A DNA stretch of 28,144 nucleotides from an uncultured archaeon (GCA_938045545.1 CALIBN010000040.1:1-28144), one strand, 5' to 3'; counted from the stretch's first letter, positions 1 through 9,589 are shown. Program-made: numbers and translations. The notes: a model not told the origin generated them from the sequence alone.

Positions 1-204
1 TGCAACGAAGCCTACCGCGCTTGCTACTCCAAGTTTCCTAATCCACCAGACAGCTAGAATCAGAGAGGCGAAGCCAACCATGTCGCAGAAAACAGGAATG
101 CCGAACATGGCGAATATTATCGGCGCAACAGTAGCGTTTAATACTCCCCAGAGCGCTGCGAAAAGCGCTATTGCAGCAATATCGCGGACAGTGAAGTACA
201 CCAT
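1..204 (-). CDS. Partial membrane protein, probably ECF transporter S-component (runs off window start)
   Basis: Not in ORF track. Manual translation from ATG at 204 gives MVYFTVRDIAAIALFAALWGVLNATVAPIIFAMFGIPVFCDMVGFASLILAVWWIRKLGVASAVGFVA, hydrophobic with the T.RDI...ALFAAL (AxxxA) start typical of S-components. Confidence 0.65.
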   Translation of the reverse strand, partial: MVYFTVRDIAAIALFAALWGVLNATVAPIIFAMFGIPVFCDMVGFASLILAVWWIRKLGVASAVGFVA

Positions 205-452
205 CCTGATTCACCTGGTGTTACTTTCACATGTTTTAGTAATACCTATATAAAGCTTTGCCGACAGCAATTTTTCCAGCTACAGTGAGTCAATCGCTAT
301 TACAAGGTTTGTTCATAGGGCATCCTCGACATTTTAGCATTATCATTTAGCCCCAATGACAAAGATTCTGCAATTATTCTGCTTTCAATACTTTGCTAGC
401 CTTTTGACGGATAGCCGACGTTCTTCTAGGGCTTCCGATTCCTAAGGGGAAA

Positions 453-487
453 GGTTTAAAAATTACGACTACTCGTAATTTTAAACC
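453..487. promoter_or_regulatory. Inverted repeat overlapping the BRE/TATA of the dtxR-feoAB operon; putative metalloregulator operator
   Basis: Perfect core AAAATTACGA-ctac-TCGTAATTTT (459-482), extending to GGTTT/AAACC with one bulge. Overlaps TTTAAAAA (455-462), which follows purine-rich GGAAAGG. Confidence 0.7.
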
Positions 488-490
488 GCG

Positions 491-1168
491 TTGCCAGTGA
501 AGTCAAGCGAAGCAGTAACTCCGGTCGTTGAAGAATACTTGGAATGCATATACAGGCTTCAGGAGAAGGAGGGAGTGGCTAGAACCAGCAGTATCGTTAA
601 AAGCCTCGGAGTAACCCCGGGCACGGTTACGAACACGGTTGAAAAGCTGGAGGAAGAAGGCCTTGTAACACATGTCTCCTACAGGGGAGTTAAGCTTACT
701 GAGAGGGGCCGCAGAATAGCGCTGCAAGTCGTCAGGAGACACAGGTTGTCGGAGAGGCTTCTGGTAGACATTCTGAAAATGGACTGGGAGAGGGTTCACG
801 AGACGGCGTGCAGGCTGGAGCACAGCCTAACCGACGAGGTTGTAAAGCACTTGGAGAAAGCCCTCAACTATCCTAGGACCTGCCCTCATGGGAATCCTGT
901 TCCCAACGAGCAGGGTAAGGTTTTCGAGGAGGAAACGCAGCCCCTGTCGGAGCTAGCTGAGGGCGAGCTGGGAGTAATCGTTAAGGTGGTTGAGGAGAAA
1001 CCTGAGCTCCTGCTTCGCCTGAAGGAGCATGGGCTGGTTCCGGGAGCCATGGTGAGGGTTCTTACGCCGGTGTCGGACGAGCAGGTCGGGTTTGAGGTCG
1101 ACGGGGAGAAAGGGGTGTTAAGCCTCAGCCTAGCTTCGCTGATACGCGTTAAAGGGGTGAAGCAATGA
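491..1168 (+). CDS. DtxR/IdeR/MntR-family metal-dependent transcriptional regulator with C-terminal FeoA/SH3-like domain
   Basis: EEYLECIY, HTH, RRHRLSERLL, ACRLEH and CPHGNPVP motifs; FeoA-like tail; first gene of the feoAB operon. Confidence 0.93.
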   Translation: MPVKSSEAVTPVVEEYLECIYRLQEKEGVARTSSIVKSLGVTPGTVTNTVEKLEEEGLVTHVSYRGVKLTERGRRIALQVVRRHRLSERLLVDILKMDWERVHETACRLEHSLTDEVVKHLEKALNYPRTCPHGNPVPNEQGKVFEEETQPLSELAEGELGVIVKVVEEKPELLLRLKEHGLVPGAMVRVLTPVSDEQVGFEVDGEKGVLSLSLASLIRVKGVKQ

Positions 1169-1461
1169 GCAGCACCGCCGACACGGGGGTAAGCGAAGTA
1201 CCCTTGGCGATGCTTAGGGATGGGGAGACAGGGATCGTTGTCTCAGTCAAATCAGGATACGGGAAGGCGTGGGGGCTTAAGAAGAGGCTTATGGACATGG
1301 GTATAACGCCGGGTACGAGGATCACCGTTGTGAAGTCAGCCCCCTTCCACGGTCCTATGGAGATTCTCGTCAGAGGATACAGGCTGGCCATCGGCAGGGG
1401 GATGGCCGAGAGAATCTTCGTGCGAATGGAGGAGACGCGGGCTGGCTGCGCGGAGAAATAG
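1165..1461 (+). CDS. feoA: Ferrous iron transport protein A
   Basis: RLMDMGITPGT...APFHGPMEILVRGYRLAIGRGMA signature; overlaps regulator stop; precedes feoB. Confidence 0.95.
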   Translation: MSSTADTGVSEVPLAMLRDGETGIVVSVKSGYGKAWGLKKRLMDMGITPGTRITVVKSAPFHGPMEILVRGYRLAIGRGMAERIFVRMEETRAGCAEK

Positions 1462-1476
1462 CTGGGGGAAACAGGT

Positions 1477-3420
1477 TTGAACGGGAAGAAACTGGTTATT
1501 GCTCTCGCGGGGAATGCGAACGTCGGAAAATCAGTAATATTCAACTATTTAACCAAGCTCCACCAGCATATTGGCAACTGGCCTGGGAAGACTGTTGAAA
1601 AGGCTGAGGGGACGCTTCACTTTAAAGGATACACTGTAGACGTCGTCGACCTCCCCGGCATATACTCGCTCTCAACCTACTCCACAGAGGAGTCTATCTC
1701 GAGGAGGTTCATCGCTGTCGAGAAGCCTGACGTAGTGATAAACGTTATCGACGCGTCTGTTCTTGAAAGAAACCTGTTCTTCACCCTGCAGCTCATGGAG
1801 CTGGAAACACCCATAGTCATTGCCCTGAATCAGGTGGATGTTGCGAGCAAGAAAGGCATTCAGATAGATTTTGAGAAGCTTGAGAAAATCCTTGGTGTAC
1901 CGGTGGTTCCAACGATCGCGGTAAAGGGAGTAGGTATCTTCAAACTCTTGGAGAAGGCTGTCGAAATATTCGAGGGTAAGCTTGAGGCGAAACCAAGGCA
2001 GGTGAAATACGGGGAGGAGGTTGAGGAGAGAATAGAGAAGCTTGCTGAAGCCGTTAGGGACAGCGGCCTTCCTTATCCGGCGAGATACGTTGCGATAAAG
2101 CTCCTAGAGGGCGATAGGGAGATTCAGGAAGAGGTTGAAAAATCGAAGCCCCAGGCGGTGGCTCTTGCAAGAAGCCTCGGAGAAGAGCTTGAAAGGCTCC
2201 ACGGCCACTCCTGCCCAACCCTGATAACCTCTGAACGCTACCAGGCTGCTAACTACATAGCAAGGGAGGTGCAGAAGCTTGTTCCACCAGTAAAACCAAC
2301 CCTAGGGGAGAAGCTCCACAATGTTACAACACACAGGGTTGCAGGATACCTCATAATGGCCGCTTCATTGCTTTCTCTATTCTTCTTCGTCTTCGCCGTG
2401 GGGAACGTTTTCTCAGATATTTTAACCAGCCTGCTATATGGGTTTAAGCCTTTTTTCGAAAGGGTTCTTGGAGCAGGGTTTTTTGAGGAGCTTGTTTGGG
2501 AAGGGGTTGTTGAAGGACTGATAGCCGGAGCCTCTGTAGCACTTCCCTACATCATCCCATTCTACTTAGCCCTATACTTCCTGGAGGACTCCGGCTACCT
2601 CAGCCGGATTGCTTTCCTCATGGACAGCATAATGCATAAAATGGGGCTTCACGGCAAGGCCTTCATACCCTTGATACTCGGCTACGGCTGCAATGTTCCA
2701 GCCTGCTTAGGCTGCAGAATAATGGAAACTCAGAGGGAGAGGCTTATCGCAGCCTTCGTCACAACCCTGGTGCCTTGTGCTGCCAGAACAGTCATCATTC
2801 TCGGCCTAGTTGGAAGGTTCGTGGGAATCCAGTGGGCCCTAATGCTCTATGCCTTTGACCTGCTTGTCGTCTTCCTCCTGGGAAGGATCGCATTCAGAAT
2901 CCTGCCGGGCGAGCCAACGGGACTGATAATGGAGATGCCCGACTACAGGCTGCCACACCTTAAAACTGTTTTAAGCCAAACATGGTTCAGGCTTCTCGAG
3001 TTTATGAAAATAGCCTTCCCGCTGATAATTGTCTCAACATTCACGGTTAAGCTCCTTGAGGCCACCGGCATCCTGAGAGTCTTCACAAGCCTGCTGACCC
3101 CCGTCACTGTAGCGTGGCTCGGCCTCCCTGCGGAAACAGGCATAACGCTGTTGTTCGGTGTTTTAAGGAAGGAGCTTGCGCTCATAATGCTCGCCACTCT
3201 ACTTGGAGCGGCAGACCTGTCTAAAGCATTAACACCTGTTCAAATGACGGTTTTCACAATAGTCTCAATGTTCTACATACCGTGCGTAGCGACGATCGCA
3301 ACCTTAGTGATGGAGTTCGGCTGGAGGAAAGCCCTGGTCATAACTCTCTCAGAGATTGTTCTCGCCCTCATCCTTGGCGGGCTTTCATTCAGAATCCTAA
3401 TACTCGCAGGATTAACTTAG
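1477..3420 (+). CDS. feoB: Ferrous iron transport protein B
   Basis: G1 GNANVGKS, NWPGKTVE, DLPGIYSL, membrane domain with EDSGYLSRIAF, GYGCNVPA and YIPCVAT. Confidence 0.97.
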   Translation: MNGKKLVIALAGNANVGKSVIFNYLTKLHQHIGNWPGKTVEKAEGTLHFKGYTVDVVDLPGIYSLSTYSTEESISRRFIAVEKPDVVINVIDASVLERNLFFTLQLMELETPIVIALNQVDVASKKGIQIDFEKLEKILGVPVVPTIAVKGVGIFKLLEKAVEIFEGKLEAKPRQVKYGEEVEERIEKLAEAVRDSGLPYPARYVAIKLLEGDREIQEEVEKSKPQAVALARSLGEELERLHGHSCPTLITSERYQAANYIAREVQKLVPPVKPTLGEKLHNVTTHRVAGYLIMAASLLSLFFFVFAVGNVFSDILTSLLYGFKPFFERVLGAGFFEELVWEGVVEGLIAGASVALPYIIPFYLALYFLEDSGYLSRIAFLMDSIMHKMGLHGKAFIPLILGYGCNVPACLGCRIMETQRERLIAAFVTTLVPCAARTVIILGLVGRFVGIQWALMLYAFDLLVVFLLGRIAFRILPGEPTGLIMEMPDYRLPHLKTVLSQTWFRLLEFMKIAFPLIIVSTFTVKLLEATGILRVFTSLLTPVTVAWLGLPAETGITLLFGVLRKELALIMLATLLGAADLSKALTPVQMTVFTIVSMFYIPCVATIATLVMEFGWRKALVITLSEIVLALILGGLSFRILILAGLT

Positions 3421-3497
3421 GAGGAAAGCGTGTAACAAGCTTAGCCCCGAATTACTCGGGGAAAGCTTTATTCCCTGCCTATTCCTGTTTACTAGGC

Positions 3498-3935
3498 GTG
3501 AAGCCCCAGCCCGGAAAGTATGATTACCCTGAACACACGTCTGACGTATACGTTCAGGCCTACGGGAGAAGCCTGGAGGAGGCTTTCGAGAACGCTGCAC
3601 TCGGCCTGACAGGAGTAGTGACAGACGTTTCAAGAATAAATCCTGAGCAGGCTGTTGAGGAAACAGTTGAGGCTGAGGATCTTCAAATGCTTCTCTACAA
3701 GTGGCTGGAAGCAATACTGGTCAGGCTTGACGCTGAGCAGATGGTTTTCTCAGTCTTCAACGTGAAAATAGAGAAGGGTGACGACAAGTATTTTCTCAAA
3801 GCCGTTATGAAGGGTGAGAGATTCAAGCCTGGGTGGCACACCAGCGGCACGCATGTTAAGGCAGTAACCCTGCACGACATGGAGATATATGAATCACCCT
3901 GCGGCGCAAGGGTTAAGGTTCTTCTAGACATATAG
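3498..3935 (+). CDS. Archease (RtcB activator)
   Basis: YDYPEHTSDV...AYGRSLEEAFENAA...VKAVTLHDM...VLLDI. Start moved to GTG 3498 because the tracked upstream extension overlaps feoB. Confidence 0.92.
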   Translation: MKPQPGKYDYPEHTSDVYVQAYGRSLEEAFENAALGLTGVVTDVSRINPEQAVEETVEAEDLQMLLYKWLEAILVRLDAEQMVFSVFNVKIEKGDDKYFLKAVMKGERFKPGWHTSGTHVKAVTLHDMEIYESPCGARVKVLLDI

Positions 3936-4016
3936 CTTGATTCCATTGTTTAGGAGTTTAAAGGGAAAGGAATCATCCCAGTAATTCTTAAGTATTCTCG
4001 CCTTCTAAAATGCACT

Positions 4017-4412
4017 ATGGTTGAGAGAAGCGCGGACTGGATTGACCAAGCTGAGGGTGATTTGGTGCATGCGAAGCACGATTTGAAATCCGGTTTTTAC
4101 GACTGGGCCTGTTTCTCTGCGCAGCAGTCAGCAGAGAAGGCTGTTAAAGCAGCCCTTCAAAAGCTGGGTGCTGAAGCATTGGGGCACTCAGTCTACGATC
4201 TTCTAATACATCTTAAGGAGAAAGAGCCTGTCAGCACCATGCTGTTAGAGTATTCTCTAGAACTCGATAAAGCCTATATTCCTACGAGGTATCCTAATGC
4301 ACACCCTTCCTCCTCACCGAGGAGACGGTATACTAGAGGAGAGGCGGAGAGGCTGATTAAGTATGCAGAAGAAATACTCGAGTTCTGTAAAAGTATTCTT
4401 TCCAAAGTTTAG
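4017..4412 (+). CDS. HEPN domain protein (HEPN-MNT toxin-antitoxin-like pair)
   Basis: YDWACFSAQQSAEKAVKA, GHSV and YIPTRYP motifs; adjacent to MNT. Confidence 0.9.
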   Translation: MVERSADWIDQAEGDLVHAKHDLKSGFYDWACFSAQQSAEKAVKAALQKLGAEALGHSVYDLLIHLKEKEPVSTMLLEYSLELDKAYIPTRYPNAHPSSSPRRRYTRGEAERLIKYAEEILEFCKSILSKV

Positions 4413-4716
4413 CCTTGAGGAGGTTATAATGGAGGTAGGCAGAGTAGTCTCACTTTTATCTGAAAGCCTGGCTTTGAAAAAGGTTATAATCTTCGGCTCA
4501 TACGCTAAAAGGCGTTACACCGCAGGAAGCGATATAGACCTTTTTGTGGTTTTCGACGACACGCGATGTGCGAAGGACAACGTGTATAAGACTCTGATGA
4601 AGAACATTAAGCTGCCGAGACTAGAGCTGCACATCCTCTCATTAAAAGAGTATCAGGAAATAAATGGTTCAAAATGGATTAAAACAATAGATGAAGAAGG
4701 TATCAGAATCCTGTGA
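4363..4716 (+). CDS. Minimal nucleotidyltransferase (MNT) of HEPN-MNT pair
   Basis: IFGSYAK...SDIDLFVV (GS-x-DxD) motif; overlaps the HEPN gene. Confidence 0.9.
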   Translation: MQKKYSSSVKVFFPKFSLEEVIMEVGRVVSLLSESLALKKVIIFGSYAKRRYTAGSDIDLFVVFDDTRCAKDNVYKTLMKNIKLPRLELHILSLKEYQEINGSKWIKTIDEEGIRIL

Positions 4717-4836
4717 CAAGGTGGACAAGCAGGGTGCTGCTTTAAACCATATCCCCATTACTCTTTTCGTAAGATACATGAATGCTCGCCAACCGAGCCC
4801 AGATTTAAATGTCAAGAACCAGCGCTCGTTGCACGC

Positions 4837-5167
4837 TTACAGAATCTTTTCAAACATGACTGCATCCGTTTGCCTAGAAATAGAATATCCAAGTCTCTTA
4901 AAGAAGACCTGGGCATCATGGTTTTCATTGCTTACGATAAGTCACCCTGCGAGCTCCCATCGCAGCAAGACCGGCTTCGGCGGCCTTCACAAGCCTGCTG
5001 CCTATCCCTCTCTTTTAAAAGCCGGGGTGAAAGATTATGTCAGAGATATACCCTATCTCAGTGCTTCTATGGAACTCCCTCTTAAAGACTTCCAAGGGCC
5101 ATACGTATCCCGAGCAGTAGAAGATGAAACCGACGAGCCCTATGATCAGCTTATCGCGGGGCTCCGC
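4837..5167 (-). pseudogene. GNAT-family N-acetyltransferase pseudogene
   Basis: Manual minus-strand translation ...GLVGFIF...GYISDIIFHPGF*KRGIGSRLVKAAEAGLAAMGARRV / LIVSNENHDAQVFFKRLGY...MFEKIL*. GNAT motifs A and B are present, with a TAA at 5015-5017 and a frameshift near 4942. The 5' boundary is uncertain. Confidence 0.8.
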
Positions 5168-5454
5168 TTAAAACCCGGTGATCTGAAAAGTATTCGCCCT
5201 CCCTCAATATCAGCCAAGGCTAAGCGGGGGCGAAAGTTGCTGGCATAAAAAACTTATGTGTTCTTGCTCATGCGGGCATGACCCGCGATCCTTAGCTGTT
5301 TTATTCAAACCTCAAAGGATCCGGCAACCTATGTTGTATACAACTTAGACGCTTCATAATGCGTTAAGGATGATGCTATTTGTTTTGCCCCTAGGAAATA
5401 GGATAACTGTTGAGCCTCCTGACAGGGATCAGCGCGCCATCGTCTACGCTTAGC

Positions 5455-5685
5455 TCAAGCACTGGGAATCTGGGACATGTATCTTTTAGCGGCCATCCTA
5501 ACGTCTTCGGCTCTGACCGTTTTGCGCTTGGCGAAAACTGCAAGCTGCGCCGCGTCTCTTGCTATCCTTGTCCCTATTTCCTCAAGTATTCTCGAAAGCT
5601 CCTCAGCTGCTTCCTCGCTCACTCTTTCTCCGCCCGATTTCCTAAGAATACGGTACATGGCCGCTAGGGACAGTTCCTCCGACAT
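5455..5685 (-). CDS. Archaeal histone (HMf-like)
   Basis: RILRKSGGERVSEEA...AKRKTVRAEDV histone-fold signatures, 76 aa. Confidence 0.93.
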   Translation of the reverse strand: MSEELSLAAMYRILRKSGGERVSEEAAEELSRILEEIGTRIARDAAQLAVFAKRKTVRAEDVRMAAKRYMSQIPSA

Positions 5686-6220
5686 TTAAATTACCGTTCT
5701 TTGAGGTAAATGAACAGATTAATAAGTCTTTTTGGGTGGGAAAGGTTAATTTTTTTGACTAAAATCGATAAAGTCTTAGGAATCAACCTAATCCCTGCTG
5801 AAAAACGGGTTTGAGGTGGTTTAAACGTGCTTCCGACGCTTTAAGAAACATAGAGGATTAAGAAGGCTCAGCGCTTACTCAATAGTTTCAGCCCCGCTTA
5901 AGCGGCTTAAACCGTTTTTTCCAGCGTAAGAAAGCACTGGACCCTGCTTATCAACCTCCACCAGAAGGGTTGCATTGTTTCCCGTAGGCGAGCCAAACAC
6001 GCTCCTGCGGCAACGTTGCCTGTGTTTAAAAACAAGCGGAATGCTTCGCTTAAATGAACACAAGTAGAGAATTTTTTATGTTATGCCGCCGTAACCATGG
6101 CTGAAGATGGCAGCTTGTTAAAGGCTCCTGAAAGAGTAGCGCTCGCAGCTACTTTTTCCGCGAAAGAATACTTTTTAAGTAAGAAATGAATGAACTCCGT
6201 TTACGAAGGGTAGTTGAAAA

Positions 6221-9200
6221 ATGCTCTTGGACGAGTTTGCAAAACTGTTCGACGGCGAGTATGAGATGCAGTTACTTGAGAACAAAGTGTTAGAATTCTG
6301 GGAGGAGAACAAGATACCTGTGAAACTTAGAAAGCTAAGATTGGAGAGAAATATAGGAAAACTTGGATACGTTGAAGGACCGCCGACATTGAACGGTCGT
6401 TGTCACGTAGGTCATACATGGGGTCGGGCGATGAAGGACCTGTGGTACAGGTGGAGGTCGATGCAGAATTACTACGTTCTTTTCAGGGCGGGCTGGGATA
6501 CGCAGGGCTTGCCTGTTGAGATCGAGGCTGAGAAGGAGCTCGGATTTTCAAACAAGAAGGAGGCTCTTGAAAGGCTTGGAGAGGAAAGGTTCGTTGCAGA
6601 GATAAAGAAGATCCTGAACAAGTATCACGAGGACTGGAGGAGGGTTGACAGGAGGTTCGGCATGTTCATGGACTATGAGAAGGAGTACTTGACGTATAGG
6701 GATGAGTATATTGAGAGGGAGTGGAAGTATCTTGAGAAGGCTTATGAACAGGGGCTTCTCGGAAAGGGCTACAGGGTTGTAGCATACTGTCCGAGCTGCC
6801 AAACTTCTCTGAGCAACGCTGAAGTCGGCCAGGAGTACAGCATGGTTGAAGATCCATCCGTGTACTTCAAGGTTAGGCTTGAAACCGGGGACTATGTTCT
6901 AGTATGGACCACGATGCCCTTCACGATTGTTACTGACGAACTTCTCGCAGTGAACCCTGAGGCGGAGTACGTGAGGGTCAGGGTAGGCGGGGAAAGATGG
7001 ATAATGGTCGGAAGCCTTGTTGAAACCCTAATGGATAAGCTGGGAATATCCGACTATGAGGTTGAGAAAACCTTCTCAGGGGCTGAGCTGGAGGGCAAGA
7101 AATACGTCTACCCCATGCTGGAGGAGGTTCCGCACCAGAAGAGGCTTGAGCAGGAAGACGATAGGATACACAGGATAGTTACAGCAGACTTCGTCGACGT
7201 CACCACAGGAACGGGTGTGGTCCACTTGGCGCCTGCAAACGGCGAGGAGGACTTTGAAGTGGCGCAGAGGATGAAAATACCAGTATTCTCGCCGTTTGAC
7301 GATGAGGCAAGGTTCACTGAGGAAGCAGGCTTCTTTAAAGGGCTTTTCGCAAGGGACGCGGATCAGGTTGTTCTAGATATTCTGAAAAAGAAAGGGCTCT
7401 TGGTTAAGTCGGAGAGAATCCTCCACGAGTACCCCTTGTGCTGGAGGTCTAAGCACAGGCTCATATGGCTGGCTAGAACGGAATACTTCTACTGGCTTGA
7501 CAGGATCGTGGACAGGCTTCTGGAGGCAGCGTCCAAAGTGGAATACTTCTATAGTCCTCCGAGAAACAGGTTCCTGGCCTTCATAAAAGAGGGAAAGCCG
7601 TGGTGCATATCTAGGGAGAGAGTGTGGGGGACGCCGCTGCCAATATTCGTCTGCGAGAAGTGTGGCAGGGAGGAGCTTCTAGCCTCAAGGAGGAAAATTG
7701 TTGAACGTGCCATAAGCCTGCCTGACGGAGAGAGCTTTGAGCTCCACAAGCCTTGGATAGACAAGGTTAAGGTGAGATGCCAGTGTGGAGGAGTTATGCA
7801 CAGGGTTCCATTCGTGCTAGACACGTGGCACAACAGTGGGGCTGCACCTTATGCAAGCATGACCGACGAGGAGTTTGAACAGTATGTGCCGGTTGAGTTC
7901 CTGGTTGAATCCATAGATCAGACTCGAGGATGGGCCTTCACACTGCTCGTTGAAAACGTTATATTGAAGAACAGGGCTGAGGCGCCGTATAAGGCGTTCC
8001 TATTCTATGGGCAGGTTCTGGACGAGAAGGGGAATAAGATGAGCAAGAGCCTGGGAAACGTTATAAACACTGAGGACGTTATAACAAGGTACTCTGCAGA
8101 CCTGTGCAGATTCTATCTTCTTTGGAAGACGAACCCGCTGGAGAACATTAACTTCAGCTTTAAGGAGATGATGGAAAGGCCGTTCCAGGTTTTAAACACA
8201 TTCTTCAACCTGGGGAAGTTGCTTAAGCAGAATGCGGAGTACGACGGGTTCAGCTATGACGCATACAGCCTTGAATGGGCCTTGAAGAAAGGCTTTGTAA
8301 AGGACTCGGAGAAATGGCTTCTCTCATGCCTCCAAAGGGTTATAGAAATAGTGACGGATGGCTTTGAAAAAATGAGGATTCATGAGTCTGCAAGGGCGCT
8401 GGAGAAGTTCATCGTTGAAACGCTTAGTAGACGGTACGTGCCCATGGTTAGGAAGGATCTCTGGAGCGACGCGCCCGAGGACCTTGAGAGGAGAATGACC
8501 ATATACGCTACACTCTTCAATGTTCTAAACACTGTTAACAGGCTTATGAATCCTTTAACTCCCTTCCTCGCTGAAGCCATGCACCAAGGGGTTGTTAAAA
8601 GGTTCAGCGGGAACACGGCCGAGTCGGTGAACCTTGAACAGTGGCCAACTCCTGACAGGAGCCTCGTGGACGAGAAGCTTGAGAAAGACTTCGAAAGGAT
8701 TGACGAGGTCGTGAGCACTGTGAACTGGGCGAGGATGAAAGCGGGTATTAAGAGAAGATGGCCGCTCAGGAAAGCAGTACTCGTACTCAGCGAAGAGTAC
8801 TCGGAGAGCGTTAAGAGAAACATGAACCTGCTTCGCGAAATGATTAACGTTAAGGAGGTTTCTTTGAAGGGCAGCCTGGAGGAGGCTGGTGTTAAGACAA
8901 GGGTAAGAATAAACTATTCTGCAGCAGGCCCAAGGTTCAGGGAGAAAGCTGGGAAAATAGCTAGCCTCGTTTCAGCAAGGCCCGAGGAAGCAAGGAGAAG
9001 CATTGAGAAAGATGGAAGATACGTGGTTGAAGCAGACGGCGAATCGTTCGAACTTACTGCTGAAGACCTTGTTTTCGACCACGAGCCGCCCGCGAACCAC
9101 GTGTTGGCCACAGGCAAACCGGGCTGCGTCATACTGGACACTGAGAGAACCCCTGAGCTCGTCGCTGAAGGATACATGAGAGATGTTGCGAGAAGAATAC

Positions 9201-9430
9201 AAGCGTACAGGAAGGAGCTCGGCCTAAACCCGACAGATGTTTTGAGCAGCGTCACCGTCTATGGAGTTGGCGAAGAAGGTTATGAGAGGCTAACGCCGCT
9301 GCTGGCAGAGCTTTCAAGCCTGGTTAGATGCAGGAAAGTAGAAGTTGAAAAAGAACCGCCCGCCGACAGGAGCATAGTGAAAGAATACGATATTGAGGGA
9401 GAGAAAATCTACGTGAAAATAGTCAAATAG
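6221..9430 (+). CDS. ileS: Isoleucyl-tRNA synthetase (archaeal type)
   Basis: GPPTLNG..HVGH, GWDTQGLPVE, WTTMPFT, GTGVVHLAP, WCISRER, DQTRGW and KMSKS motifs. Confidence 0.95.
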   Translation: MLLDEFAKLFDGEYEMQLLENKVLEFWEENKIPVKLRKLRLERNIGKLGYVEGPPTLNGRCHVGHTWGRAMKDLWYRWRSMQNYYVLFRAGWDTQGLPVEIEAEKELGFSNKKEALERLGEERFVAEIKKILNKYHEDWRRVDRRFGMFMDYEKEYLTYRDEYIEREWKYLEKAYEQGLLGKGYRVVAYCPSCQTSLSNAEVGQEYSMVEDPSVYFKVRLETGDYVLVWTTMPFTIVTDELLAVNPEAEYVRVRVGGERWIMVGSLVETLMDKLGISDYEVEKTFSGAELEGKKYVYPMLEEVPHQKRLEQEDDRIHRIVTADFVDVTTGTGVVHLAPANGEEDFEVAQRMKIPVFSPFDDEARFTEEAGFFKGLFARDADQVVLDILKKKGLLVKSERILHEYPLCWRSKHRLIWLARTEYFYWLDRIVDRLLEAASKVEYFYSPPRNRFLAFIKEGKPWCISRERVWGTPLPIFVCEKCGREELLASRRKIVERAISLPDGESFELHKPWIDKVKVRCQCGGVMHRVPFVLDTWHNSGAAPYASMTDEEFEQYVPVEFLVESIDQTRGWAFTLLVENVILKNRAEAPYKAFLFYGQVLDEKGNKMSKSLGNVINTEDVITRYSADLCRFYLLWKTNPLENINFSFKEMMERPFQVLNTFFNLGKLLKQNAEYDGFSYDAYSLEWALKKGFVKDSEKWLLSCLQRVIEIVTDGFEKMRIHESARALEKFIVETLSRRYVPMVRKDLWSDAPEDLERRMTIYATLFNVLNTVNRLMNPLTPFLAEAMHQGVVKRFSGNTAESVNLEQWPTPDRSLVDEKLEKDFERIDEVVSTVNWARMKAGIKRRWPLRKAVLVLSEEYSESVKRNMNLLREMINVKEVSLKGSLEEAGVKTRVRINYSAAGPRFREKAGKIASLVSARPEEARRSIEKDGRYVVEADGESFELTAEDLVFDHEPPANHVLATGKPGCVILDTERTPELVAEGYMRDVARRIQAYRKELGLNPTDVLSSVTVYGVGEEGYERLTPLLAELSSLVRCRKVEVEKEPPADRSIVKEYDIEGEKIYVKIVK

Positions 9431-9496
9431 GAGAAAAGACTTAAAAACGGTTTTTCCGAAAAGATTTATTTCCCCCTTTTCACGAACCCTCCACAG

Positions 9497-9589
9497 GCTC
9501 CGGTGGTGTAGCCCGGCAAGCATACCGGCCTTTCGAACATCTGGGTTGAAGACAGCCGGGGGTCCCGGGTTCAAATCCCGGCCGGAGCA
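9497..9589 (+). tRNA. tRNA-Glu(TTC) with 18-nt intron at 37/38
   Basis: Acceptor GCTCCGG/CCGGAGC, anticodon stem CCGGC/GCCGG, TTC at 9532-9534, T-arm CCGGG-TTCAAAT-CCCGG. No encoded CCA. Confidence 0.93.
9536..9553 (+). other. tRNA-Glu intron (relaxed BHB)
   Basis: CTTT(32-35) pairs with GAAG (9548-9551) with 3-nt bulges; the outer intron helix is weak. Confidence 0.85.

Noticed and set aside
3282-3497. N-terminal extension of the archease ORF
   Set aside because: Overlaps feoB in another frame; archease homology starts near GTG 3498.
4691-5248. 185-aa plus-strand ORF (and nested 4870-5085)
   Set aside because: No recognisable motifs; it is the antisense shadow of the GNAT pseudogene.
6097-6189. 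30-codon ORF upstream of ileS as an attenuator leader peptide
   Set aside because: Contains no Ile codons and has no other support.
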